Source: Candidatus Latescibacterota bacterium (lineage in GTDB: Bacteria > Latescibacterota > UBA2968 > UBA8231). From it: a stretch of 64,000 nucleotides of DNA. The position numbers were made by a program, and so were the translations under genes. The DNA is taken from assembly GCA_965242865.1 (NCBI GenBank), contig CBDETK010000013.1, positions 1,504,001 to 1,568,000 of the forward strand. The letters are read 5' to 3'. Numbering within the stretch: position 1 is the first letter of the stretch; each line of letters opens with the position of its first letter. The notes beneath the pieces are model-generated. The model saw only the letters and a program-made list of their open reading frames with translations. It was not told the DNA's origin and made no database searches. Shown piece after piece: positions 9,333-18,306 of this stretch.

Positions 9333-9444
9333 GAACAGTTGCTGAACTGAAATACCTTCCTTACCTTAGCGCAAGTTCGGGCCTCATTCCACGGTAAGGA
9401 ACCGAGTTCCACCTACGAATCCAAAACAGTGAGGGCAAAAGAAA

Positions 9445-10539
9445 ATGATCTCTTCATTTTATTACAATGGTCGGCTATTCGACGAGTGGGAGTTTCAAGA
9501 CACCAAATTGGATGGCGTGAACTTGCTCGTAGGTGCTTCCGGCTCTGGCAAAACCAGATACCTGAATTCGATTTTCAATATTTCGAGTTCTATTGTACAG
9601 GGGCAACCATTTAGATCTGGACATTGGAAGCTGACTGTAAAGACTGACGAATATGAATACTTATGGGAATATGATGGTGGCAAAAACCAAATCCAAAGGG
9701 AAATCGTCGCACGGAAGCGTATAGATTCACAAGAGGAATTTGAGAATCTGATTGATCGAACTCCTGATACCTTTTCTTTTTGTGGTGATAAGCTACCAAG
9801 GCTCCACAGTGATACGTCTGGGATTACCCTTCTTAGAGAGGAGGAAAAAATCACTCCTCTATACGAAACCTTCTCAAAATTACAAATAAGGAATTTCCAT
9901 GATGAGGGTTTAAGAGATGCACTTAGTTTACAGGATGTATCTCAGGAATTGAGCAATTTATCCAATTCAGAAGATGGTATCCTTACCTTATGGAAACAAC
10001 AACTCACGCTAAGTGCCAAAATGTTTCTTCTAAGAGAGATGTTCCCCGAACAGTATAGCTTGGCAGTAGAGACTTTTCAACAAGTGTTTCCTTCAATAAA
10101 AAAATGTGACATGAGTATTCAGTCCCCAGGTCAGGTCCCTATATTTTTTATAAAGGAAGAGAAGATAAACAGAAATATCCCGGTGTTTGAATTCTCATCA
10201 GGAATGCAGAAGGTTTTGTTAATTATAGCCGATATAATTACCTTGCCAAAGGGTTCGATCTACATAATTGATGAATATGAAAATTCCCTTGGCATAAATG
10301 CCATTGATTTTCTCCCGGAATTTTTGGCTGATTATGGTACAGACATTCAATTCCTAATTACGACGCACCATCCCTACCTGATTAATAACATGCCCATGAA
10401 AACATGGAAGATCTTTCACAGGGATGGTTCAAGTGTATCTATCAAAGATGGAAAAGAATTTGAAGAGAGGTACGGTAAGTCAAAACAAAAGGCTTTTATT
10501 CAACTCATAAACGATCCATTCTATACCGGTGTCAACTGA
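9445..10539 (+). CDS. ABC-type ATPase (AAA_15/AAA_21-like), putative defence
   Basis: Walker A GASGSGKT, signature SSGMQK, Walker B IIDEYEN, H-loop TTHHP. No TM segments. AT-rich. Confidence 0.85.
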   Translation: MISSFYYNGRLFDEWEFQDTKLDGVNLLVGASGSGKTRYLNSIFNISSSIVQGQPFRSGHWKLTVKTDEYEYLWEYDGGKNQIQREIVARKRIDSQEEFENLIDRTPDTFSFCGDKLPRLHSDTSGITLLREEEKITPLYETFSKLQIRNFHDEGLRDALSLQDVSQELSNLSNSEDGILTLWKQQLTLSAKMFLLREMFPEQYSLAVETFQQVFPSIKKCDMSIQSPGQVPIFFIKEEKINRNIPVFEFSSGMQKVLLIIADIITLPKGSIYIIDEYENSLGINAIDFLPEFLADYGTDIQFLITTHHPYLINNMPMKTWKIFHRDGSSVSIKDGKEFEERYGKSKQKAFIQLINDPFYTGVN

Positions 10540-10540
10540 G

Positions 10541-11197
10541 ATGAATGTATATTTAATTGTTGAAGGCGATGGAGAGAAGAAAATATATACGCATTGGGTT
10601 CCGCTGGTTAATCCGAAACTTAGTGTTGTTAATAGCCTAGAGGAAGTTCAACATAATAACGTGATAATTTTTTCTGGAGGGGGATACCCTAATTATTTGG
10701 AGGTTATTGAAGCTGGGGTTGAAGACGTTGTTGGCAACGAACAGTTGGATAGACTCGTAATAGCTATCGATTCAGAGGAAATGTCTTATGAAGAGAAACG
10801 GAGGGAAATCGAACAGGTTGTGAATGCACTTGGGAAGAACCTTGATTACAAAATTATTGTCCAGCATTTTTGTCTTGAAACTTGGGCACTTGGCAACAAG
10901 GTCATAGTTTCAAGAAATCCCAAGGATATTAGGCTCCGGCAATATATAAGCTATTTCGATATTCTGGATAGGGACCCTGAGCTCCTACCTGATTACCCAA
11001 TAGAAAACCTATCCCGTTCTCAGTTTGCAGCACGTTACTTGAAAAAACTGCTTAACGAAAAATACAGATCCCTTACTTATAAAAAGGGAAACCCCAAACC
11101 TCTCTTGCATGATATGTATTTCAAAAGGGTAAAGATGAGATTGGATACAACAGGCCATATTGCAAGTTTTGAGGATTTTCTAGCAGCTTTTGTTTAG
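10541..11197 (+). CDS. TOPRIM-fold protein (DUF4276/RloB/OLD-like), partner of the ATPase
   Basis: ATG 1 bp after the ATPase stop. LIVEGDGE, GGG, IDSE (DxD-like) and CLETW motifs. Confidence 0.65.
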   Translation: MNVYLIVEGDGEKKIYTHWVPLVNPKLSVVNSLEEVQHNNVIIFSGGGYPNYLEVIEAGVEDVVGNEQLDRLVIAIDSEEMSYEEKRREIEQVVNALGKNLDYKIIVQHFCLETWALGNKVIVSRNPKDIRLRQYISYFDILDRDPELLPDYPIENLSRSQFAARYLKKLLNEKYRSLTYKKGNPKPLLHDMYFKRVKMRLDTTGHIASFEDFLAAFV

Positions 11198-11218
11198 AGC
11201 GGTCTAAAACCGTGGCCA

Positions 11219-14059
11219 TCAGCGTCGGCCCTCCTCTTTCCAAGCGCGAATTTCCTCCTGAGTCACCGGCCGCATCCGTAGCTGGCGTTCACTTGATGTT
11301 TTAAGCGCTCTTCTCCAGATGAATGCGCCGAATGTCGGGGGTTCGTCCGTGAACTCCGACTGGTTGATGCGCGTGTATTTCCAAGGCTTTCCGGTGGTCT
11401 CGCTTACGCGCTTGCACCAGTCCCGCGCTGCGGCATCCTTTTCGACGGTGCCTTCCCAGACGCGGCCCTTGGTTTCGATGATCCAGTTCACTTCGCCGCC
11501 TGCGGTTTCTTGGACAGCCACCCAGTCGGGATAGTAGAAGCCGATGGCACCGCTCGGCTTTAGATAGTCAATGCGGAATGACGTTCCAGAATTACCCTGT
11601 TCCGTCGTTCCGAGTGCCGCAAAGCGCGAGATGTCCTCGGCGCGATCCAAAAACTCGGCGAAACTGCGCTCAAAGTTGTTGTAGGTGGCGACGAAGTTGA
11701 AAATGGTTTTCTTTGCCGCCAATAGCGGCAGATTGCGCCGCCAGCTAAAGGGTTTTGTCTTGGACAAGCGAAAATTCTCGTTTTCAAACTCGACTGGAGC
11801 CTGCTCAACGGTGAACTGCGCGATCTTGCGAGCCATGTATTTGGCAATGCCTTCCTGTAGCTCTGGCCGCGCCAGTTGAGAGCGGATAGCTTCATCGGCC
11901 AGTTCGATTTTTCGCCCAAAACAATGGTTCATCACGTAGCCCTGCACAATCGGGTACATCTCTGCAAAGCAGTTGGTTAGCTTGGCACAATTAGCAGTCT
12001 TGTTGGTGATATCCGCTAGCAGCTTTTGATCGGGCTGTGGTTCCATAGCAATGTCTGCTTGATGTACCTCGGTCTCTGTGGTTGTAAATTCCATCTTCAG
12101 ACGCACTCGGAACGGCTCGGCTAGCTCTTCTTGGTCGAAAATTGCTTCAAGCGAACGCACATCCAAAGAAGACAGCTTGCGGAAATCATGCCTTAGGCTC
12201 GGCTTGGTGATCGGAATAGCGATGTCGTACTGCTGCCGCTCCTGCACAGGCGCGATGATGACCGGCGATGGCGGCTTTTCCTTGGTACTCGCTACACCGA
12301 CGCCCTCGGCTTCGAGTTGCTCGCGTAGGGTTTTGAGCAGGTTGCGGGTGCCAAGGACCTCTAGGGTCTGCGTTTGGTCGGGGCTTACTTGGGTCATCAG
12401 GCGCAGTCCGCGACCGATTACCTGTTCGGGAAGTATTTCGGCTTGTGCGGTGAAGGGACGCAGCCCCAGCACCACTGTCACGTTGCGCACGTCCCATCCC
12501 TCGCGCAGCATCATCACGCTGACAATCGCCTTAATTTTGCTCTCGGCCTTGTCGATGTCCCGCGCCGCTTGCCGCGCCTTTTCGAGGTCTCCTCTCCGAA
12601 CTTCTCCGGTGCTGTCCGTGTGGATGACGAGCACCTCGGACTCTTTGAAGCCGAATTCTGTGGTCTTCCGCAGGTACTCCCCCAAGGCGTCAGCATAGAC
12701 GTTCTTCTCTGCCATGACAAAGAGTACCGGCCTCGTGTTGAGTTGCTTGTACACCTGCCAGTGTTCCTTCCAGCGCTGCACGGCGGCTTGTAGCCAATAG
12801 CCGTATTTCTCGACCGCGTTTTCCTTGGTAATGCCGTCGGGGTCTTCGGTTGGCTGATTCGGATCGGCCTCTTGGGTTACGATGAGCGGGGCCTTGACGA
12901 TTTTATCCTCTACGGCTTGGGCCAACGGATAGTCCACGACGGTCCAAGGGAAGTACATGCCCTTCTGGTCTTTCGGGGTGGCCGAGAAGTCGAGCCAAGC
13001 GGAGAGGCCCTGCGGAAGTGCTTGGTGAATGGCTAGCAGCGATTGGCTCCAAGCTAAGTCCGCGTCGTGGACGTGATGTGCTTCGTCGTTCAGCACGACG
13101 AGGTCCTTGAGCGACTTTATGCGCTCTAGCATAGAACGCTGACCGGATGACGCGGGGTCTTGCGCGGGCTTGCCCAAGAGGGCTTCCACGGCGTTTTCCG
13201 GCGTCCACTCTTCGTCGTGCGATTCGTAGAGTTGGTGGATGTTGGTGAGGAAGAGGTTGCCGGATGGGTCCGGCTCGGTGGCCTCGCCGCGCAGGATCAC
13301 CTTTTGCGCGAAGCGGCCTTTCCACTCTGGAGGGATCAAGGGCAATTCATGGAATATCCGGTTGTTGGCAAAATCCTTTTCTAGCCGCTGATAGACGATT
13401 ATGTTGGGGGCGACGATGAGGAAGTTGGTGGAGAGTTCTGAGCCGGGTACGCGCTGCTTGTGGAAGCGCGACCACACGACCGCCATAGCCATCCCCCAAG
13501 TTTTGCCCGAACCAGTGGCCATCTTGAAGGCGAAGCGGCGCAGGTCTTTGGGTGGCAAGTCTTGTACGCCATCTCGGTCCAGTTCCGGTACGTAGCGGCG
13601 TAGCTGCCGCTGGCCGTCCATCGCGGTCTGAAACTCGACGTTCTTTGAGAGCAGGTCTTTCTGATAGATCGAACCGTGGACCTCAATGAGAGCTTTCGCG
13701 TCGCGTTGCCCGGCGATTTCCACCAGCCAAATTAGGGTTTCTATGGCTTCCCGTTGGCAGAAGTGGTAGCGGAAGGGGGCATCAAATCCGTTGACCGTGT
13801 GGTCCTCCTCGAACCAATACTCAAACAAGCGTCGGGCAACTTCTGAGGCCCCCTCGTAGTCGCTGTCTCGCCAATCATCTACGGCCTTGCGAATTTTCGG
13901 CACCAGCAGGAGTTGGCTTGGGCGACGCTTGGTATCGTCCTCGCGCCAGCCGTTCGGTGCGTCGTCGTCTTTGACTAAGTGGGAAGTGGGTTTTTCCCAC
14001 GGGCGGCGACCTTGAATCTCTGGTAGGTCCTTGTCGTACTGGATGACGGCTTTGGCCAT
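11219..14059 (-). CDS. res: Type III restriction endonuclease Res subunit
   Basis: CQREAIET, MATGSGKT, DEAHH, FSATP, MLREGWD, EQVIGRGLR helicase motifs and a C-terminal YYPDW...IIETKG nuclease. Confidence 0.9.
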   Translation of the reverse strand: MAKAVIQYDKDLPEIQGRRPWEKPTSHLVKDDDAPNGWREDDTKRRPSQLLLVPKIRKAVDDWRDSDYEGASEVARRLFEYWFEEDHTVNGFDAPFRYHFCQREAIETLIWLVEIAGQRDAKALIEVHGSIYQKDLLSKNVEFQTAMDGQRQLRRYVPELDRDGVQDLPPKDLRRFAFKMATGSGKTWGMAMAVVWSRFHKQRVPGSELSTNFLIVAPNIIVYQRLEKDFANNRIFHELPLIPPEWKGRFAQKVILRGEATEPDPSGNLFLTNIHQLYESHDEEWTPENAVEALLGKPAQDPASSGQRSMLERIKSLKDLVVLNDEAHHVHDADLAWSQSLLAIHQALPQGLSAWLDFSATPKDQKGMYFPWTVVDYPLAQAVEDKIVKAPLIVTQEADPNQPTEDPDGITKENAVEKYGYWLQAAVQRWKEHWQVYKQLNTRPVLFVMAEKNVYADALGEYLRKTTEFGFKESEVLVIHTDSTGEVRRGDLEKARQAARDIDKAESKIKAIVSVMMLREGWDVRNVTVVLGLRPFTAQAEILPEQVIGRGLRLMTQVSPDQTQTLEVLGTRNLLKTLREQLEAEGVGVASTKEKPPSPVIIAPVQERQQYDIAIPITKPSLRHDFRKLSSLDVRSLEAIFDQEELAEPFRVRLKMEFTTTETEVHQADIAMEPQPDQKLLADITNKTANCAKLTNCFAEMYPIVQGYVMNHCFGRKIELADEAIRSQLARPELQEGIAKYMARKIAQFTVEQAPVEFENENFRLSKTKPFSWRRNLPLLAAKKTIFNFVATYNNFERSFAEFLDRAEDISRFAALGTTEQGNSGTSFRIDYLKPSGAIGFYYPDWVAVQETAGGEVNWIIETKGRVWEGTVEKDAAARDWCKRVSETTGKPWKYTRINQSEFTDEPPTFGAFIWRRALKTSSERQLRMRPVTQEEIRAWKEEGRR

Positions 14060-14060
14060 G

Positions 14061-15911
14061 CTATTTCACCTCAATATCGAGGGCTTGGGAGGTATCGTTG
14101 CCGAAGATGTCAATTGCCTTGATTAGCACCCGGTACTGGCCGGGGTTTTCGTAGGAGTGGGGGTCAGAAATGAGCCGGAGTGTTCGTTCTTTGCGGGTGC
14201 GGTAGGCGACCCATCCCTGCATGAAGGTGTCGTTTTGGAAGTCCCAATCCACCGCCCAATAGTCGATGTAATCCGACCATTCTGTGATTTTGCCGCGCAC
14301 TTCTTCGGGGACGAGTTCGGAGTTGGGGATGACGAAATCTTGAAGCTGCACTTGCGCGGTGCGTTTCTGCGGTTTTTTGACCGTTGCCTTTAGATAGGCC
14401 AGCTCAAAGAAACGGACATCGCCTTTGTCGGCGGCCTGCTCTTCCATGACTTCGCGGGGGATTTGCAAGAGCGAAAGGTTGACGCCTTTATTTTTTGCTT
14501 CTGGCACCACGAGATTCTGGAGGCCCATTTCCCATTCCCAGCCGAGGATGTGCAGGTCTTTCTGTTTGAGCTTGGCGCATTCTTCTACGGCGTCTTCGAC
14601 TTCGTTAAAGGTGACGGGTGCGTCTACCGCGCCGATGTGAATCAGGGCGCGGCCTTTTTTGCCGTGCAGATGCACTAGGCCCGAAAGCGGTTGGGCACCG
14701 TAGAGTTTGAGGATGAAGGCGAGGTATTCGTAGAGTGCTTGTTCGGTCGGCGGCTGGTTTCTTGCGCCGCCAAATGTTACTCCTTGCCAATACTGGCGTT
14801 CGTATTTGCCGAGGTTGAGAATCTCGAATGGTTTGCAGTTTTCAATACCGAGCATGCGCTTGCGGGTGACGTGGATGCCCCAGCGACCGAGATCGCAGCC
14901 GATCCAACGGCGGCCGAGTTTTTCGGCGACAGCGAGAGTGGTGCCGGAGCCGCAGAAGAAGTCGGCGACGAGGCTATCTTCATTAGAGGAGGCTTTGATG
15001 ATGCGTTCGAGTAGTTTTTCAGGTTTTTGAGTTGGGTATTTCAAAATCTCAGGCTGTGCATGTAATAGTGGAATAGTCCACACATTATCAACTGTTCTTT
15101 CTGTACGTTCATCATACAATCCTTTTCCACTCTCATCTTTTAAGTAGACTTTTTTACCATCAATTTTTTTCATTTTTGAAACTTTGATTGGCTTATCTCT
15201 TTTTTCATATTGATGGGTAAAAATATTTTCTTCTGTTTTTCTATAGGAAAAAATCGTATCCGAATAATTTGTAAACTTCCTTTTTCTTTTGTCAGGAATT
15301 TTATTGGTGTAATACCATACTATTTCATTCAGAAAATTATCTATTCCAAAAATATCATCTAATATAAGTCGTAAATAATGACTCTTATGCCAGTCACAAT
15401 GCACATAAATACTTCCGTTTTTAGATAGCATATCCCGCATCAAAACTAACCGTTCATAGATCATAGAAATGAAGGAGTCAGTACCTTTTCCCCACGTATC
15501 TCTATACGCCTTTTCCTCGATTATGGATTGCTCCTTTGAAATTTTTTCATTCGACTCTCCAATCTGCGTCGTGAACGAAAAATCCGCCCCCGTCGCAAAC
15601 GGCGGGTCGATATAGATCAAGTCAACCTTCCCAGCGAACTTCTCCAGCAACGATCCCATCACCAGCAGGTTATCGCCCCAGATGAGCTTGTTCTTCCAGC
15701 CTTCCTCAAAGGTGTCGCCTTCATTGCCTTCGTAGGTGTCGAACAGCGACATTCCCTTCGTCTTTTGTGCTTCGCGTGTAGCGCGGCTTTCGTTGACGGT
15801 CTCAATGACTTGAAACGGCAGATTGACCTGCGGCACCTCCTTGAGCGTCCCGTCCTCGTTGTATTTGCCGGGCCAGACTAGCTCCGTCTTAGTGATGTCG
15901 ATCTTAGCCAT
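14061..15911 (-). CDS. mod: Type III DNA methyltransferase Mod subunit
   Basis: LIWGDNL, IYIDPPF (motif IV), YPTQKPE and DFFCGSGTT (motif I) in beta-class order. Ends 1 bp before the res start. Confidence 0.9.
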   Translation of the reverse strand: MAKIDITKTELVWPGKYNEDGTLKEVPQVNLPFQVIETVNESRATREAQKTKGMSLFDTYEGNEGDTFEEGWKNKLIWGDNLLVMGSLLEKFAGKVDLIYIDPPFATGADFSFTTQIGESNEKISKEQSIIEEKAYRDTWGKGTDSFISMIYERLVLMRDMLSKNGSIYVHCDWHKSHYLRLILDDIFGIDNFLNEIVWYYTNKIPDKRKRKFTNYSDTIFSYRKTEENIFTHQYEKRDKPIKVSKMKKIDGKKVYLKDESGKGLYDERTERTVDNVWTIPLLHAQPEILKYPTQKPEKLLERIIKASSNEDSLVADFFCGSGTTLAVAEKLGRRWIGCDLGRWGIHVTRKRMLGIENCKPFEILNLGKYERQYWQGVTFGGARNQPPTEQALYEYLAFILKLYGAQPLSGLVHLHGKKGRALIHIGAVDAPVTFNEVEDAVEECAKLKQKDLHILGWEWEMGLQNLVVPEAKNKGVNLSLLQIPREVMEEQAADKGDVRFFELAYLKATVKKPQKRTAQVQLQDFVIPNSELVPEEVRGKITEWSDYIDYWAVDWDFQNDTFMQGWVAYRTRKERTLRLISDPHSYENPGQYRVLIKAIDIFGNDTSQALDIEVK

Positions 15912-16001
15912 TATTTTTCTCCCTAGATTTGCTCAAAATTCCCGCGAGGATATAGTCGTCCTTCTCCAGCGGCACGTCCACCTCTGTCTCAATGATCCGG
16001 T

Positions 16002-16691
16002 TCATAACAACCCCGCCCTCCTGAAGCTGAAGCTCTCCGACGCCGATACGATCAGGTGATCGACAACCCGGAGGCTAATGGTTTCAGCGGCCAGCACGAT
16101 GGCCCGCGTGACCACCTTGTCTTGCTCGCTCGGCTCGACATTGCCGTTCGGATGGTTGTGTGCGAGTACGAGGGCAGCCGCTTGACGCTTGAGTGCGGCC
16201 TCCACGAAGCGGCGCGGGTACACCGCTGCCCGATCAATTGTGCCTTCCTGAAGCGTTTCGACGCCGTTGTGGAGCAGCCGATATGCAGAGTCGAGATACG
16301 CCACGGCGAATACCTCGTACTTGAGGTTCCCAATCTTCATGCGCCAAAAGTCGTTGAGCCGCTCCGGGTCGCGCAAGACTTTTCCTCCCTCCGATGCTCC
16401 CTGCAAGTAGAGCGTCGCTGATTCGCGGATGACTTTCAGGGAGATCGCGGCGACCTCGCCGATTCCCTTCACTGACCGCAGTTCGGCTAGCGGCGCGTCC
16501 AAAATTTCTCGCAGACTGCCGAAGTGATCGATCAGTGCCTTCGCTTGTTGCTTCACGTCTGAGCGGGGAATGGCCAAGGTCAACATCAACTCAACGACCT
16601 CGTGCTCGGCGAATCCTGCAAAGCCACTCTTGCGGAAGCGTGCGCGGAGACGCTCGCGGTGTCCGTGGTAGTGAGGCTCAGTTTTTGCCAC
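16002..16691 (-). CDS. radC: RadC family JAB-domain protein
   Basis: GHRERLR N-terminus, HhH VKGIG, JAB motif E...HNHPNG...PSEQD and DHLIV. Confidence 0.9.
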   Translation of the reverse strand: MAKTEPHYHGHRERLRARFRKSGFAGFAEHEVVELMLTLAIPRSDVKQQAKALIDHFGSLREILDAPLAELRSVKGIGEVAAISLKVIRESATLYLQGASEGGKVLRDPERLNDFWRMKIGNLKYEVFAVAYLDSAYRLLHNGVETLQEGTIDRAAVYPRRFVEAALKRQAAALVLAHNHPNGNVEPSEQDKVVTRAIVLAAETISLRVVDHLIVSASESFSFRRAGLL

Positions 16692-18153
16692 GATCCGGCC
16701 CTTTAGATTTGTGCAAATAGTCGCGTCCCACCGGCGTCAGGCGATAGCACTGCTTGCTGCTGCGCGGCTTGTCCGGGATGGTCATTTCGATTAGGCCGGC
16801 TTGCAACGCAGGGAGTAGGTAGGTCTTGCGGACGTGTTTGGTATCCTTCAGGCCCAAGGCTTTTTGGATCTGGCTTCTGTTCATCGCACCCGAAATGACC
16901 TCTAATAGACGCGCTACCCCGGCATCTTGGGGGGTGACTTGAGGGGTATCTTGGGGGGCGACTTGGGGGGGCACTTGCTCGGCGACTCGATAGCCCTCTG
17001 CATCGGCGTCGGGTCGGACCTCTGGATTGGGACGGAAGGTGACGGTCGCGAAGCGGTCAAACTCGAATTCCGGTTCCGGGCAGCCCTGTTCCCGTGCCTC
17101 GTCCCGAATGCGGCGAATGCCAGTGCCCGCTTTCTCGATAAACTCGATGCGGTGGAGCAGATCCGCGACGAGCGGGTTGCGGCGGACGCTCTTGCGACCG
17201 AGTTCGGCCAGCTTCAGCCCCGATGGCAGGCCGCCGGGACTGATCACCTCAATGCGATTGGCGTACATCTCGACGAAGACGTTGGCGCCCTCGAAAAACC
17301 AATCGCGGTGCATGACCGCGTTGGTAATGGCCTCGCGCAGTGCCTTCATCGGGTATTCCGGGATGTTCTCGCGGCGCAGGCTTTCGATGCGATAGGCCGT
17401 GCGGGTGTTGCGCTCAATGAAGCTCAGGGCGTCTTCAATGTCGGCCACGATGCCGCCGTCAAAGTCGCGGCGGTCGAGGATATGCACTTTGTCCGCGCCC
17501 TTGCCGAGCAGGCAGGTGATGTACGATTCGGAGAAGAAGTGCCGCACGTTCTTGGCGAAAAAGAGGACGCCCGCGTTGCGAAAGAGCAACTTGTCGCCCG
17601 CCCACTCGGCGGCCTCGATGTTGACCAGCACCTCTTCGACCGGCGGCTGTCCACTAATGCCGGACAGCGCGAGCCAAGCATTGTACTTCTCGCGGTCAAA
17701 GTCCTCTGGGTAGCGGAAACGGGGGCAGGGCGAGAGATCGAACCGAATCACGCCCTCGCGGCGAAAGAAATCGCGGATTTCGTCGCGACTGAGCTTTTGG
17801 GTCACCGCGCCCTGACGCCAGAAGAAACCTTCGCTGCATTGCACCGGCTTGGCGTCGCTTTCCCGTACATGCACTGCGAATACGTCATCCACCGGCTTCA
17901 CCAGCACCTTCACCGGAGGGTCGCAGTTGCGGGCGATGTCCTGAATGCGGGCGCGCAGGGCATTGGAGTCCTTGACCCCGACTACGATGCCGTCATCGCG
18001 CACTCCCAGCAGAATCCGGCCCCCGACTGTGTTGGCCATGGCCACGAGCTCGCGCGCAAACGACGACGAGAGGCCCTCCTTGAACTCAAGCGTGGTGCCT
18101 TCGCCTTGCTGAATGAGAATGTTGAGGTCCGCAGGTGTCATGGATTCTGCCAA
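16678..18153 (-). CDS. Schlafen/AlbA_2 + HATPase_c_4 + C-terminal wHTH protein
   Basis: GEGTTLEFK, AMANTVGG.ILLGVRDDG (AlbA_2). ALREAITNAVMHRD, SPGG, RNP, IEKAGTGI (HATPase_c_4). IEMTIPDKPRS..Q.YRLT C-terminus. The start may be the ATG at 18141. Confidence 0.85.
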   Translation of the reverse strand: MAESMTPADLNILIQQGEGTTLEFKEGLSSSFARELVAMANTVGGRILLGVRDDGIVVGVKDSNALRARIQDIARNCDPPVKVLVKPVDDVFAVHVRESDAKPVQCSEGFFWRQGAVTQKLSRDEIRDFFRREGVIRFDLSPCPRFRYPEDFDREKYNAWLALSGISGQPPVEEVLVNIEAAEWAGDKLLFRNAGVLFFAKNVRHFFSESYITCLLGKGADKVHILDRRDFDGGIVADIEDALSFIERNTRTAYRIESLRRENIPEYPMKALREAITNAVMHRDWFFEGANVFVEMYANRIEVISPGGLPSGLKLAELGRKSVRRNPLVADLLHRIEFIEKAGTGIRRIRDEAREQGCPEPEFEFDRFATVTFRPNPEVRPDADAEGYRVAEQVPPQVAPQDTPQVTPQDAGVARLLEVISGAMNRSQIQKALGLKDTKHVRKTYLLPALQAGLIEMTIPDKPRSSKQCYRLTPVGRDYLHKSKGPDRGKN

Positions 18154-18306
18154 TTACTCTCAGGTGAAGGTGAATAGTATCTGGTTCGATTGAACGAGAA
18201 GATGCAGTTGATGTCAAGAAGCGGAGCGAGCGCGTCCATTTCGCGCCGGTTCCCCCGGTATTGTCTCGTCCCCGTCGTCCTATACTTTAGGGGCAAGCTA
18301 GCGCCG

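Noticed and set aside
16678-18153. RecG helicase
   Set aside because: No helicase motifs. The AlbA_2 plus HATPase_c_4 architecture is commonly mislabelled as RecG.
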